64,000 bases of DNA. Source: Candidatus Thorarchaeota archaeon. GTDB taxonomy: Archaea; Asgardarchaeota; Thorarchaeia; Thorarchaeales; Thorarchaeaceae. A program made the translations under genes and the position numbers. Location: the NCBI GenBank assembly GCA_048882045.1, contig JBHLRZ010000012.1:1-64000 (forward strand). The letters run 5' to 3'. Numbering within the stretch: the first letter of the stretch is position 1; every line of letters begins with the position of its first letter. Under the pieces are notes generated by a model. That model was given only the letters and a program-made list of their open reading frames with translations. It was not told the origin of the DNA and did no database searches. Positions 34,561 through 45,400 of the stretch are shown here, piece after piece.

Positions 34561-36747
34561 TTACCTCATGGCCTCCAACAACATCACCAAATTGTCTTGG
34601 AGCTTCATACTCTCTTTTCTTGCTACGTGTTTCGTGCTCAATAGTTTGAGAAGTATCGAATTGATGTACTCAAACTCTTCAAGGCAGTTTTCAATGATTC
34701 CTGGCATATCATCTTCGCAGACAATCTCCTCAATGGTCTTTGCAGGCAATCTGTCCAGAACCCTATTTACAACTTCACTTGGAAGTGTCATTCGTGCCAA
34801 AATCACACTCTTGAGGATTTTCTTCAGGTCACTCTTTTCATCACTTATAGCTTTCATCACTTTCTTAGCGTCTTTCACTGGTACACCAAGAACTGCGACA
34901 CTCTTACCTTGCTCTGTACAGCGTGTGATATCATTGTCACGAATGATAAGACTATCATTCTCGAGGTCGTCGTAGACTTCTAGTCCCCGTAAGGCCTGAA
35001 GAATTACCCCTGCAGCATATGGTTTAGAGCTCTCATCATCCATCGCAAATCGGGCGAATTTGATAAGATGTTTGCAAAGTCTGTGTCTTTTAATTCCCTG
35101 ATACTTCCATGACTCGCAAGAACATGAAACACCATCCTTTGAACGAAGAGTAGTATAGTGCCAAATTTCTCTACTGCCGCTATGAACGAGGCCTTCGATT
35201 TTGTCCGGTCTTACAGTCACAATCTTAACACTTGAATCAGGAATATTCTTCGCTCTATCTAAAGTGGATCTTGTGGAACGTGAAGCAAGGCGGCTGTCAA
35301 CAGCAACATCGTCCTGAGTTTCAATCTGACTGAGGTCTGTCACGCGACTCTCACTTCCCCAGAGAGTGCGCTCAATGATTGAGAATGGATCCTCATCAGT
35401 TTCACCACAGAGTTGTCTGAGAACCAAATCCTGAACATTCTCGGTTTCGTCCATGACACTATCCACTTCTCCTGGAAGAGGCATAATATCGCCCTTAGAG
35501 TCAGTTTCGAAATATTTAGCCAACACTCTGGTCTTCTCATTCTCACTATCAACGACCACTATGCCAAAAGCTTCATTGTCAATCCGTCTCCGTCCTGCTG
35601 CCTCCAAGACATCACTGAGCTGCCACTCAGATAGCATGATGACAGCATCCTCTTGAGATATCTCGGTCCCAAATTTTTGCATGAACACTCCCATCAGGAA
35701 TACAACCGTCGCTCTTAGACCGCTAGCGATTGCGAAGCGGGTTGGCATGACAATGACCGGTATTATCCTATCCTCCCAAGCTGTGGAAATGATCCTCCGC
35801 TGTGACAATCCAACACCTTCGTGGAAGAATGCAACTCCCCTGGAAATCGTACTCGCCAAGTTTTTGGTTGTTCCACATTTTGGATACTTCTCTCTCAAGT
35901 CCTCCATTAGATCGATGAGGTCATCCTTCTGCTCAGGTGGGAGTTGCAGGTCAAGAGTAGCAGTACTATTTTTGATACCTGCCAGCTCCAAAGCCAGCTC
36001 TTCGGATGTGCTGATATTTGCACAGAGAATCATCACCTGTCCCTGACGATATTGCACGAACTGAGTCAGGTCTGCTATCGACTCTCTCGAATCTTCGACA
36101 GCCTTCACGCTGAAAATGAGTTTCACGTCAGTCTTTGGGTCTTCTACAACCACCGCGCTTAACCAACTACTGAGTTCACCTATGTCCTCTAGAGGTGGGC
36201 AGATTGCTACATATTGTATTTTGGGTCTTCCCAACAAAGTCACGAGAACTGTTTCAAGACTTGCTCCAATTCGTGGTTGCCCGATTAGGTCTAGTCGGTC
36301 AATGAGAACATAAACAATATCATTCAGTATATCTGGATTGACTCGAGTAGCTATGTCAAAGGAGGTGTAGGTTGTAACGATTACTCTCCCATCTACTTTG
36401 TCCTTAGTTGCCACTCTTCTTCTGATAATCTGAGAGGTCTCAATCCCCAAACGAGTACATTTGTGACTGAGAGATTGGAAGCGTTTTTCTGCCTGATAGG
36501 GATTTGGGCAGAGAACGACTGCTCTGGCTCGATGATCTGAAGCCACACGGTTGAGCAGGGCGATTTCCGCAACAAGATATGCTTCATTGTAGTCATATGT
36601 TGCTAAGATCTGACTTTTCCCTCTCATGATCCTCTGGTCCACTGCAAGAGACTGGAACTTGGTGAGTGATGTAAGTCCCTGTCTTCTTAACACCTCCAAC
36701 AAACGGGGGGCCACCTGTTGGAGTTCCAGTTCCTTGAGAGTGCTCAA
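34561..36747 (-). CDS. Degenerate Ski2/Hel308-like helicase-fold protein with a SWIM Zn finger
   Basis: LTKFQ and GVAFFHEG are retained, but the Walker A and B motifs are lost. SWIM-type CSC-x13-CKH present. Confidence 0.75.
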   Translation of the reverse strand: MSTLKELELQQVAPRLLEVLRRQGLTSLTKFQSLAVDQRIMRGKSQILATYDYNEAYLVAEIALLNRVASDHRARAVVLCPNPYQAEKRFQSLSHKCTRLGIETSQIIRRRVATKDKVDGRVIVTTYTSFDIATRVNPDILNDIVYVLIDRLDLIGQPRIGASLETVLVTLLGRPKIQYVAICPPLEDIGELSSWLSAVVVEDPKTDVKLIFSVKAVEDSRESIADLTQFVQYRQGQVMILCANISTSEELALELAGIKNSTATLDLQLPPEQKDDLIDLMEDLREKYPKCGTTKNLASTISRGVAFFHEGVGLSQRRIISTAWEDRIIPVIVMPTRFAIASGLRATVVFLMGVFMQKFGTEISQEDAVIMLSEWQLSDVLEAAGRRRIDNEAFGIVVVDSENEKTRVLAKYFETDSKGDIMPLPGEVDSVMDETENVQDLVLRQLCGETDEDPFSIIERTLWGSESRVTDLSQIETQDDVAVDSRLASRSTRSTLDRAKNIPDSSVKIVTVRPDKIEGLVHSGSREIWHYTTLRSKDGVSCSCESWKYQGIKRHRLCKHLIKFARFAMDDESSKPYAAGVILQALRGLEVYDDLENDSLIIRDNDITRCTEQGKSVAVLGVPVKDAKKVMKAISDEKSDLKKILKSVILARMTLPSEVVNRVLDRLPAKTIEEIVCEDDMPGIIENCLEEFEYINSILLKLLSTKHVARKESMKLQDNLVMLLEAMR

Positions 36748-36985
36748 ATAGTCCCACTCCGTCTTTCAAATGCGCATATGATACTATGAGGTTATAACAT
36801 ATTATCCTATTAGTTTTGCGCGCGCCTGGGCATAATTCCGTCAGACCTGTCCAAAAAAGAATAACAAATCGAGTGTGTATCAATCTTACTTAGACACATA
36901 TAAAGCCTCAAAAGCAACCACCGAATTTCCATTCATTCAGCTGTGACAGTCTAAGGATTCTTAGACCTACACACTTGAGGCGTGT

Positions 36986-37732
36986 ATGATAATGGCTTTC
37001 GTAGCTACCACTGATTCATCTTTCAAAATCATTCTAAAGAAGGATTTCAAGGTCAAACCAGGATCAACATTCATCTGTGGTTTCCATGGTCTTGGTGAGG
37101 TAGGATTCTTGAGCACAGCTCACCTCACAAGAACTCTGGAAGCAGAACGAGTCGGTTTCATCAAGAGCGACATGCTCCCACTTTTCGTATCCATGGAGAA
37201 TGAGAAGCTAGTATTACCATTTGAGATCTACTCTTATGAACCAAAGAAAATGGTATTCTTGGTTCCTCGTTTTCAACCACATCAGTCCGAACAGTGGGGA
37301 TTCATAGATCGTCTTGCAGCTTGGGTTGCTGAGAATAAATTTGCAGAAACTCTTCTTCTTGGTGGTCTGGATGCCAGCTTCAAGGAGGATGGTGAGGACA
37401 TGCGGAGTGTACCAACCAGCGCTTATGGGAAACTGCTTGAGAAATGGAATGTTCCGCTCTTGGAGGAGGGTCTCTTTGTTGCTGGTCCCTTAGCACTCTT
37501 CTTGGCTGAACTTGAGATGCATGATGCACCTGCTGTTGGTCTCCTTACCTATGCGACCCGAGGAAGACCCGATCCTCGTTCTGCAGCCACAATGCTTGAG
37601 AAGATCAATGAGGTCTATGGTGTCGGTGCCAACGTGGAGCAACTACTTGAGGAGTCAAGGGAGATTGAGAGGCTTGAGAAGATGCGTAAGTCGATTGAGT
37701 CCTCTGATCGTTCGAGCGACATGTTCGTCTAA
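36986..37732 (+). CDS. PAC2-family proteasome assembly chaperone
   Basis: GFHGLGEVGFL, LLLGGLD and PDPRSAA motifs. Confidence 0.88.
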   Translation: MIMAFVATTDSSFKIILKKDFKVKPGSTFICGFHGLGEVGFLSTAHLTRTLEAERVGFIKSDMLPLFVSMENEKLVLPFEIYSYEPKKMVFLVPRFQPHQSEQWGFIDRLAAWVAENKFAETLLLGGLDASFKEDGEDMRSVPTSAYGKLLEKWNVPLLEEGLFVAGPLALFLAELEMHDAPAVGLLTYATRGRPDPRSAATMLEKINEVYGVGANVEQLLEESREIERLEKMRKSIESSDRSSDMFV

Positions 37733-38271
37733 CCAAGACGTCTGATGAACCATCCGATATCCACGAGGTTCTTCGCTACAAGTTTCTCCTTTCCTAGGCG
37801 TTTCAGTCTGTTCCCATCTATGGAAAGTGAGGCAAGTCCTAGACATTCGCGATTTTCATTCAGAACAAGGACTCTCTGACCTCTCTTCAACTCTGGATTC
37901 AATTCCAAAACTGACTCCTTGAGAATGCTTCTCCCATAAGTGAACGCTTCTGCAGCATGTTTGGTCACTATAATGGTCTTGTCAGTCAGTTCCTTGAGTT
38001 CGTCAAGAATCTGTAGACTTAACCTGAGTTTCCCCTTAGAAATTGAACCGAGCTCTTTTCCGATGAACTGAATGTCTAGCCTTTCTCCTTCTTCAGTTGC
38101 ATGGCTCATCCACTCTGTCGGAATCAGGAATATTGTTTCGTTTTTTCCTTTTTTCAAGACTGCTGGTACACGATTTCCAAGTAGACTCTTGGTCACTCCT
38201 TCTCCATACTCTTCATCAATCCGCTCTGTTAAAGAAGTCCAATCAATTGGATCGACCAATGAAAGAGTCAT
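37729..38271 (-). CDS. Nip7-like PUA-domain ribosome biogenesis protein
   Basis: AEAFTYGRSILKESV...KNLVDIGWFIR; located after the Nop2-like MTase. Confidence 0.8.
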   Translation of the reverse strand: MTLSLVDPIDWTSLTERIDEEYGEGVTKSLLGNRVPAVLKKGKNETIFLIPTEWMSHATEEGERLDIQFIGKELGSISKGKLRLSLQILDELKELTDKTIIVTKHAAEAFTYGRSILKESVLELNPELKRGQRVLVLNENRECLGLASLSIDGNRLKRLGKEKLVAKNLVDIGWFIRRLG

Positions 38272-39266
38272 GTCGCCTCACTCTCCTTCTTCCTCAATTT
38301 GCAAATGAAGAAACCCTCAGTCCCATGTAGATGAGGAAGGAAGCGTCTCGCATGCCTTAGGGACTCGTTCAGTCTGATTCCATAAGGCTCTGAATATCCC
38401 GGAACTCCGAAGTCGAATGGTATCTCAACAATCTCCATCTCTGGATATCTCTTCAGAATATCATCCACAACGTACTCGTTCTCTTCAGGTGCAATAGAAC
38501 ATGTTGAGTAAACTATTGTTCCACCCTCCGAAAGTATGTTTATCGCTGAATCCAACATTTCATCCTCTCTGGTAGCACAAAAGCGAATGTCAGCCATGGT
38601 CTTACTGGTCTTTCTTGTTGGGTCCAGAGGTATGAGCCCTTCCCCTGAACAGGGGGCATCAAGAAGGATCTTGTCTGGTTCATATCCAATTTTGTCAAGC
38701 TTTCTTGCATCCCCTCTAATGACTAGTGAATTGGTCACTCCACATCGGATGATGTTACTCTTGAGACTGGACATCCTGATCCGGTCCTGTTCTACTGCAA
38801 TGACCATTCCCATGTTCTGCATCATTTGACCTATGTGGGTCGTCTTTCCTCCAGGTGCAGCAGCCAAATCTATGACTGTTTCTCCAGGCTGCGGATCCAA
38901 AACAATAACCGCAGTCATCGAGGGAACACCCTGCACGTAGTAAAAGCCCAACATATGTTCCAACATCGCCCCTGGAGATGAACCTTCAAAGTCAGCAAAA
39001 AAGCCATTCTCGAGCCAAGGAATCTCATCGATGACAACTGATTTCTCTCTCAGACGTTCTTGCACCAGTTCGTTTGTCGCCTTGAGCGTATTCACCCTAA
39101 AGGAGGACCTGATTGGATTCTCACAAGCTTCTAAAAACTGGAGGGTTTCCTCCTCTCCCCAGAGTGTGAGATAGCGTTCAATCATGTACTGGAGATATCC
39201 GAACTCTTTTGCCAAGTCCTTAGCCCTTGCTCGTATCTCCTTCTTTGCCAATTCCTCTCTCTCCAA
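38268..39266 (-). CDS. RsmB/Nop2-family RNA m5C methyltransferase
   Basis: DLAAAPGGKT, LLDAPCSGEG and YSTCS...EENE motifs. Confidence 0.95.
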   Translation of the reverse strand: MEREELAKKEIRARAKDLAKEFGYLQYMIERYLTLWGEEETLQFLEACENPIRSSFRVNTLKATNELVQERLREKSVVIDEIPWLENGFFADFEGSSPGAMLEHMLGFYYVQGVPSMTAVIVLDPQPGETVIDLAAAPGGKTTHIGQMMQNMGMVIAVEQDRIRMSSLKSNIIRCGVTNSLVIRGDARKLDKIGYEPDKILLDAPCSGEGLIPLDPTRKTSKTMADIRFCATREDEMLDSAINILSEGGTIVYSTCSIAPEENEYVVDDILKRYPEMEIVEIPFDFGVPGYSEPYGIRLNESLRHARRFLPHLHGTEGFFICKLRKKESEAT

Positions 39267-39279
39267 TTCTAACTTTCAG

Positions 39280-39726
39280 TCATTCTCCGATGTCTTCATC
39301 CCACAGTTTTGGATTTTCTTCAATGAACTTCTCCATGATTTCGATACATTCTGGGTCATTTAGGACGGTCACATCGACTCCTCGGTCTTTGAGATACTCC
39401 TCCGGACCCTGGAAAGTTATATTCTCTCCAACAATGACCTTTGGTATTTTGTACAGAAGAACAGCTCCACTGCACATGTCACAGGGAGAGAGCGTCGAGT
39501 AGAGGACAGATCTTTGGTAGTCCTTCGCAGTCAGTCTACCTGCATTCTCGAGACAGTCCATCTCAGCGTGAAGAACTGAACTCCCCTTCTGCATCCTCTG
39601 GTTATGACCCCGTCCCACAATCTTTCCATCGATCACGAGCACAGAACCTATAGGAATACCCCCTTCTGAAAGTCCCTTTTTCGCCTCATCAATAGCCGCT
39701 TTCATGAACTCATCCATGTTTCTCAC
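39280..39726 (-). CDS. Cytosine deaminase, FCY1-type zinc deaminase
   Basis: HAE...LENAGRL, LSPCDMC and W.EDIGE motifs. Confidence 0.9.
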   Translation of the reverse strand: MRNMDEFMKAAIDEAKKGLSEGGIPIGSVLVIDGKIVGRGHNQRMQKGSSVLHAEMDCLENAGRLTAKDYQRSVLYSTLSPCDMCSGAVLLYKIPKVIVGENITFQGPEEYLKDRGVDVTVLNDPECIEIMEKFIEENPKLWDEDIGE

Positions 39727-39730
39727 CTGT

Positions 39731-40981
39731 TCAGTAGTTGTCGAGAGCCTCCTTGAGTGCAGTTGTTTCAGGTGGTATCAATTTCACATCTGGCGTGAGC
39801 CGGTCTGGGGTGGCAAGGTCCTTGAAGCCTGACCCGGTTATTGGGACAACAACCCTATCAGATCTGTCGATGGTCCCCTGGTCGATGAGTGTCTTCAGAC
39901 CTGCGAGTGCTGCTACGCCACTTGGTTCTGCAAAGATGCCCTCCATCTTCCCCAGCAATACTAGTGATTCCTCGATAGAATCGTCAGACACTGCTATCGC
40001 ATCTCCCTTGGCAATCTTGAGATATTTCAGAGCCGCGTCTCCATCCCAGGGGAAGGGATCAGCCAAACCTCCAGCAACCGTTTCATTAGAGTCCCAAGGA
40101 GTGATGTCAAGCGGTTCTTGGTTTTCATTGAAAGCTCTCACAATTGGTGCACAACCCTCTGGTTGAACGACCACAGGTCGTGGGAGGTTTTCAATCAGTC
40201 CCATTTGTTGAAACTCCCAGAGTCCCTTCATGGTTCCTGCCATGAGTCCTCCACTTCCCGTAGGAAAGAGGATCCAGTCTGGCGGGTTCCAATCAGTCTG
40301 TTCTGCTATCTCATAACCTAGTGTTTTAGTCCCTTCGAACTGGAAGCAATTGAAGGGTCCAAATGATGGTGAAGGTGTCCATCCAAACTCTTTGCATGCT
40401 GCTAGAAGTAGGGTAGTTGTGGGATCCACACCTTCCTGTATCTTTTTTACCCTGAACACTTTGGCTCCAAGGGTCCTCAGGTGTATCAGTTTCCCTTTGG
40501 GAGCATCTTCAGGAACAAATACCACCGCCTGAAGACCACCTCTCGCAGCAAATGTAGACATCGAGGCTGCTGCGTTTCCTGAGGATGCTGCTGAAACAGT
40601 CTTCACACCGTCCTCAAGTGCTTTGCTGACACCCACACAGATTGGCCTGTCTTTGAAAGAGCCTGAAGGGTTAACCGTCTCAATCTTGAACGAGAGGTTG
40701 TCCATTTCCCATTCTTTCCCTAAACGTCTGCTCTCGATGAGAGGAGTTCCGCCTTCTCCTGCTGTCACAATGTTCTTTCTGTCATTGAGTGGCATCAGTT
40801 CAAAGTACTTCCACTGTCCTGGTACTCTCCTACTCAATTCCACTCTCGAAATGACCTCTTTGAGAAATTCCAGGTCTAGCTCGAAATCGATTCGTCCCCC
40901 GCATCCATCGTTTGGAGGAACGTCTGACATATCGTAGGTCTTACCGCACTTTGCACATTTGATAGTCTTCATCCTCGACAA
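39731..40981 (-). CDS. thrC: Threonine synthase-like PLP enzyme
   Basis: GEGGTPL, NPSGSFKDR, ASSGNAA and TGSGFKD motifs. Confidence 0.85.
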   Translation of the reverse strand: MSRMKTIKCAKCGKTYDMSDVPPNDGCGGRIDFELDLEFLKEVISRVELSRRVPGQWKYFELMPLNDRKNIVTAGEGGTPLIESRRLGKEWEMDNLSFKIETVNPSGSFKDRPICVGVSKALEDGVKTVSAASSGNAAASMSTFAARGGLQAVVFVPEDAPKGKLIHLRTLGAKVFRVKKIQEGVDPTTTLLLAACKEFGWTPSPSFGPFNCFQFEGTKTLGYEIAEQTDWNPPDWILFPTGSGGLMAGTMKGLWEFQQMGLIENLPRPVVVQPEGCAPIVRAFNENQEPLDITPWDSNETVAGGLADPFPWDGDAALKYLKIAKGDAIAVSDDSIEESLVLLGKMEGIFAEPSGVAALAGLKTLIDQGTIDRSDRVVVPITGSGFKDLATPDRLTPDVKLIPPETTALKEALDNY

Positions 40982-41091
40982 TGCGACACCAACCGTTCAC
41001 ATGAGAACTAGTCGCCGTTATTTGGCTTATGGCTCATCTATCTAATGGAAACATCTAACTGTCCTATATCATTGTCATAATCAGAAAGAGG

Positions 41092-41670
41092 TTGATACAG
41101 ATGGGAGATATCTACGAAGTCGAGGTCAAGATTGCCATTGACAACTATGAGGAGATGGAGAAGCGAATTATGGAGGTTGGAGCCCAGAAGACCAATAGGG
41201 AAACTCAGATCGACTCGTACTATGATCATCCTTGCAAGACCTTCCAAAACACAGACGAAGCACTCCGAGTACGTTCTAGGCAACCGATCAATTCCGGAGC
41301 AGTTGATCCACCAAGAGAGGAGGCTGAACTTACCTATAAAGGTCCAAGGATTGATAGTACCACCAAAACTCGCATCGAAACCTCTGTTAGCATTGATTCA
41401 GCGAAAGGAATGACCTCTATTCTAGAAAACCTCGGTTTCAAACTTGTAGCATCTATCATTAAGAAGAGGCAGTTCTTCAACCTCCCTTCGATGACAATCA
41501 GCATCGATGAAGTAGAGGATGTTGGTTTGTTCATGGAACTTGAAACAATCGCTCAAACAAAGGATGTCGATGAGGCACGACAAAATATCTTTGCTATGAT
41601 GGAGAAGCTGGGTCTCAATCCTTCCCAGTCTATTCGAGCGTCATATCTGGAGATCTATATGAACCGGTGA
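41092..41670 (+). CDS. cyaB: CYTH-domain protein (class IV adenylate cyclase-like)
   Basis: EVEVK, DEALRVR, LTYKGP and FMELE motifs. Confidence 0.88.
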   Translation: MIQMGDIYEVEVKIAIDNYEEMEKRIMEVGAQKTNRETQIDSYYDHPCKTFQNTDEALRVRSRQPINSGAVDPPREEAELTYKGPRIDSTTKTRIETSVSIDSAKGMTSILENLGFKLVASIIKKRQFFNLPSMTISIDEVEDVGLFMELETIAQTKDVDEARQNIFAMMEKLGLNPSQSIRASYLEIYMNR

Positions 41671-41673
41671 TTC

Positions 41674-42255
41674 TCATTCCAGCTCATTTTGAAGTTGGTT
41701 CACATAGGTTTCCAGTGTCTTGTGTCGTTTCTCAGCCTCAGTGCGTGATGGCTTGGTATACATCAAATCCTTCAGTTTCAGCAATTTCTCGTCTGCGTGT
41801 TTGAGAAATGCTTCTATTCCTCCTCCTCCACTTTCAGCCTGGGCAATAGCACGAAACACACCTATTGCTCCCATAGCATCGAGCTTGTCGACATCACTCA
41901 ATATCTCTCCCTCTAGTGAATTTGGTTCAAGTCCCTCACTGAATCTATGCGTCCTGATCGCATCCACGACCTGGTCTATTTCTTTATCCGTAAACCCCGA
42001 ATCGCTTAGAATTCCCCTCCCTATCTCTCCCGAGAGAATGGAATGCGAGACCCCTGTGTCATCCTCCCGAGGTCTACCGACATCATGGAGAAGTGCAGCT
42101 GCTCCAAGCACCCTGAGATTGGCATTCAGCTCTGAGCCAATCTTCATACACAATGCATAGACCCGTGTCGTATGATCCAAAGTATGAGCGCCTCGACCCG
42201 CTTTGATGAGCTCTTGCATGACGAAGTTCTCAATCTTCTCCATTTCTGATACCAT
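41674..42255 (-). CDS. HD-domain phosphohydrolase
   Basis: HTLDHTTRV, LLHDVGR and DVDKLDAMGAIG motifs. Confidence 0.9.
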   Translation of the reverse strand: MVSEMEKIENFVMQELIKAGRGAHTLDHTTRVYALCMKIGSELNANLRVLGAAALLHDVGRPREDDTGVSHSILSGEIGRGILSDSGFTDKEIDQVVDAIRTHRFSEGLEPNSLEGEILSDVDKLDAMGAIGVFRAIAQAESGGGGIEAFLKHADEKLLKLKDLMYTKPSRTEAEKRHKTLETYVNQLQNELE

Positions 42256-42474
42256 GTTTTGAACTTCCGTGTTTTAATCCGGTTGTGTTTATCTTGTTCA
42301 GAAAAGAATCTCTGCTGTAAATACGATTCGCTTTGGAACTCTTTCGATAAACGAAATCGAGTTCAGCTGAAATACCCTTTAATTGTTAGAAAAGGACGTT
42401 TGAGAGTAACTTGCGCCCCACGTATGTTACACTCGACGCCAACTCCCTACCTGGCGAAAGAGAGGAATATTGTA

Positions 42475-45400
42475 TTGAGCACCGCTACATCCACCCGTAA
42501 ACGCATGGGTCTGACAACACTCATCAGCTCACTGATTATTGTGTCAAGTCTAGTGTGGGCTGCCTATAATTTCGGGCTCATCCAGTTTGGTGTAGTTCGA
42601 GAATATCCGCCACACTATGAATACGATAATATCCCATACTGGCCTTATACAAATGATCTTACAGGCGGTAGGACTAATTGGTCTGGCAATTACAATCAAC
42701 TCCCATTGAACCAGACTCTCCCCCCTGATTTTCTCGATCAGCTAGATGACACAGTGTTTGTAGTTACACCTGAGAACCCTGGGCAGCTATGGCGGACAAG
42801 TTCGTATGACGACTATGATGGTGATACGAACCTATGGAGCAAATCTATGAGCGGAACATGGGACCTCGATGACACCCTTCAGCTGATTTCGTATGGTGAG
42901 GCGACAAACCAAATCTACACTATTTTCTTCTATGCTTCTGCAGGAGCAACGGTGGGGACAATTGAGCTTCCAAGGATATTCCCCGATATCCGTGTAATTG
43001 AAGACTCATTTCAGACCTATAGCCTTGTAGACAATGCATACGTCCCAGATGCACAAAGTCGTATAGAGAGCTATACACTGCAAACTGATAGTTATGATAG
43101 TCTTCTGTTTGAGCCTTTCATCATAGGAACAACAGGTGAGAACGTTCTGGTCAGCTTTGACCTCACATATGAGATACAGGACATCGCAAATGTCAATGCC
43201 AACGCTCGTGAAGGTCCATTTCCTGTTTACACCGAACCATATCGAAACAACGCATTCACACCCACAACTCGGGTCGAGGACGAATACAACCAATTTCTGG
43301 GGGTCGGCAATAATGTGTATGAGCGAGCAATAGCTGTACAGGTCTATTTCCAGTCCAACTTTGACCTGATAATAGACCTTAATGACCGCCCAGTTGGTCA
43401 AGAAACTACGGACTGGTTCATCGAACGCGGAGGCGGCCTTCCGATGGACTTTGCCACTGCATACTGTACCTACATGCGTGGACTAGGGATTCCTGCCCGC
43501 ATGGTCAAGGGCTATGCCATGGGTGATGCTGATCCAGATCCCCTGATAGACCAACGAACTGTCAAGATCAAACATCTTCAATTCTGGGTCGAAGTGTTCG
43601 TACCAATGGCAGGTGTCACTCCCGGTGAATGGATTCAAATCATGCCGATTCCATTACCAGACGAATATGGTGGAGGTCCTGGCATCCCTGAGAACACTCC
43701 TATTCCTGACATAGAATTGTTGATTTGGCCAACAAGTGGACAGCCATGGGAACAGTTAGGAGACCTATTCAACCTCAGCACCTCTCTCACAGTAGAGGGA
43801 ATTCCGGTCACCTCTGGAGAGTATCTAGCTGTTTACGACGAACTCGACAACATTCCAATAGGCTCATTCCTCGTTGGAGAACAAATTGAATATTTCTTCC
43901 CTTCGGATGCCACAATTGACTATCACATTTTCTCTGCTACTTGGGTGACACCTTATTACCAAATATCAAACACCACGTCCGTCTTCGCAGTTGGAACTCC
44001 AAGTCCACTGCATAGTCCCGTATTAACAAGCGACTTCGTCTTGAGCGAAACCCTCGAACTCAATGTCAGTCAGGGTGTCGACACTCATATTTCCTACTGG
44101 GAGGACACTATTCATGTCTATGGAACAATGACTGTTGGTGGAGTTCCAGTAAACAGCTCGAACTATGATAACAGGAACATTGGAATATACTGGGACAATA
44201 CTTTCTGGGGCAATGCATCTATCAATGAATATGGATACTATGAGCTCTACATCTACGTTGATCCATATGACTGGGTGGAGATGACAGTAGGACCACATGA
44301 AGTCTGGTCTTGGTACCTGGGTGACTGGGATGGCCCAATACCTCGACTGAATGAAGCACGCTCAGCTGATAACTCGACTGTTGCAGTGTGGGGTCGTGTG
44401 GGATTCGCTATGACAGTCGTCCCCACTGATGTTACAGCTGGAGGTACTATCGATTATGATGGTGTTGCCTACTTCCTAAACGGTACAGTCCTTCCAATGG
44501 GGCAACAAGTCGGAGTCTTTTTCCATTCGCAAGCCAACGCGACACGCGGTCTGAACTCAACAGGTGGCTTTACTTGGAGCTACACGATTCCAGTCAGTCA
44601 ACCTGATGGTACCTACTTTGCCTATGCAAACTGGAGTTCTCCATGGCCATATATCGCTGGTAATTGGAGTCAGTTCATCCCTGTAAATGTTGGTTCAAGC
44701 GGAACTCATCTCACAATTGGACTTGACTTTCTACCACCCTGGGATCCTCTCTATGTTTTCGAAACCATCACAATTGAAGGCTATCTAACACACGTTTCAA
44801 ACGGCACTGGTATTGGTGGTCGTGTCGTCGAAATCTATTGGAACAATGGGTCTACTTTCCTCCTAGGCACAAATGTAACTGAGGCCGATGGATATTACAG
44901 CTTTACCTACACAATTCTCCTATCGGATGAGGGACCAGTTGAATTCTGGTCGAGTTTTACATCACTGGAACCAACTCTGGCAAGTACAGAGTCGGTGCAC
45001 ATCTTCTCAACCGTGAAGAAATATGACACTTCTCTCGATCCTATCTTTGTCACTCCCGATCCTGTGGTCATCCTTCAACGAGTTGACATTCAAGGAATTT
45101 TGATAGCGCCCGAATTTCCGGCTTATCTACCGAATGAATGGATTGATTTCTGGTACCAAAACAGTACAGGAATTTACTACATTGGAAGTGTGATGACAAA
45201 CAGCACTGGTGGCTATCTTCTCCAATATACAATTCCAATTGGACAGACACCTGATCAGACGGTGTATATTTGGGCTAGCTACACATCACCCTATATCAAC
45301 GTCTATGATTGTGAGTCGTTCCATGAGCCTCTTTGGGTCGAGGCTACAGGCACACTCATCACAATCCAAGAGGACTTCACAACCTACTTTGTGAATGAAA

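Noticed and set aside
36949-36985. Two small hairpins in the PAC2 leader (GTCTAAG-GATT-CTTAGAC; TACAC...GTGTA)
   Set aside because: Too short to distinguish from chance without conservation data.
42259-42474. N-terminal 72 codons of the 2122-aa ORF
   Set aside because: Covers the divergent promoter region; an RBS-supported TTG at 42475 precedes the signal/TM segment.
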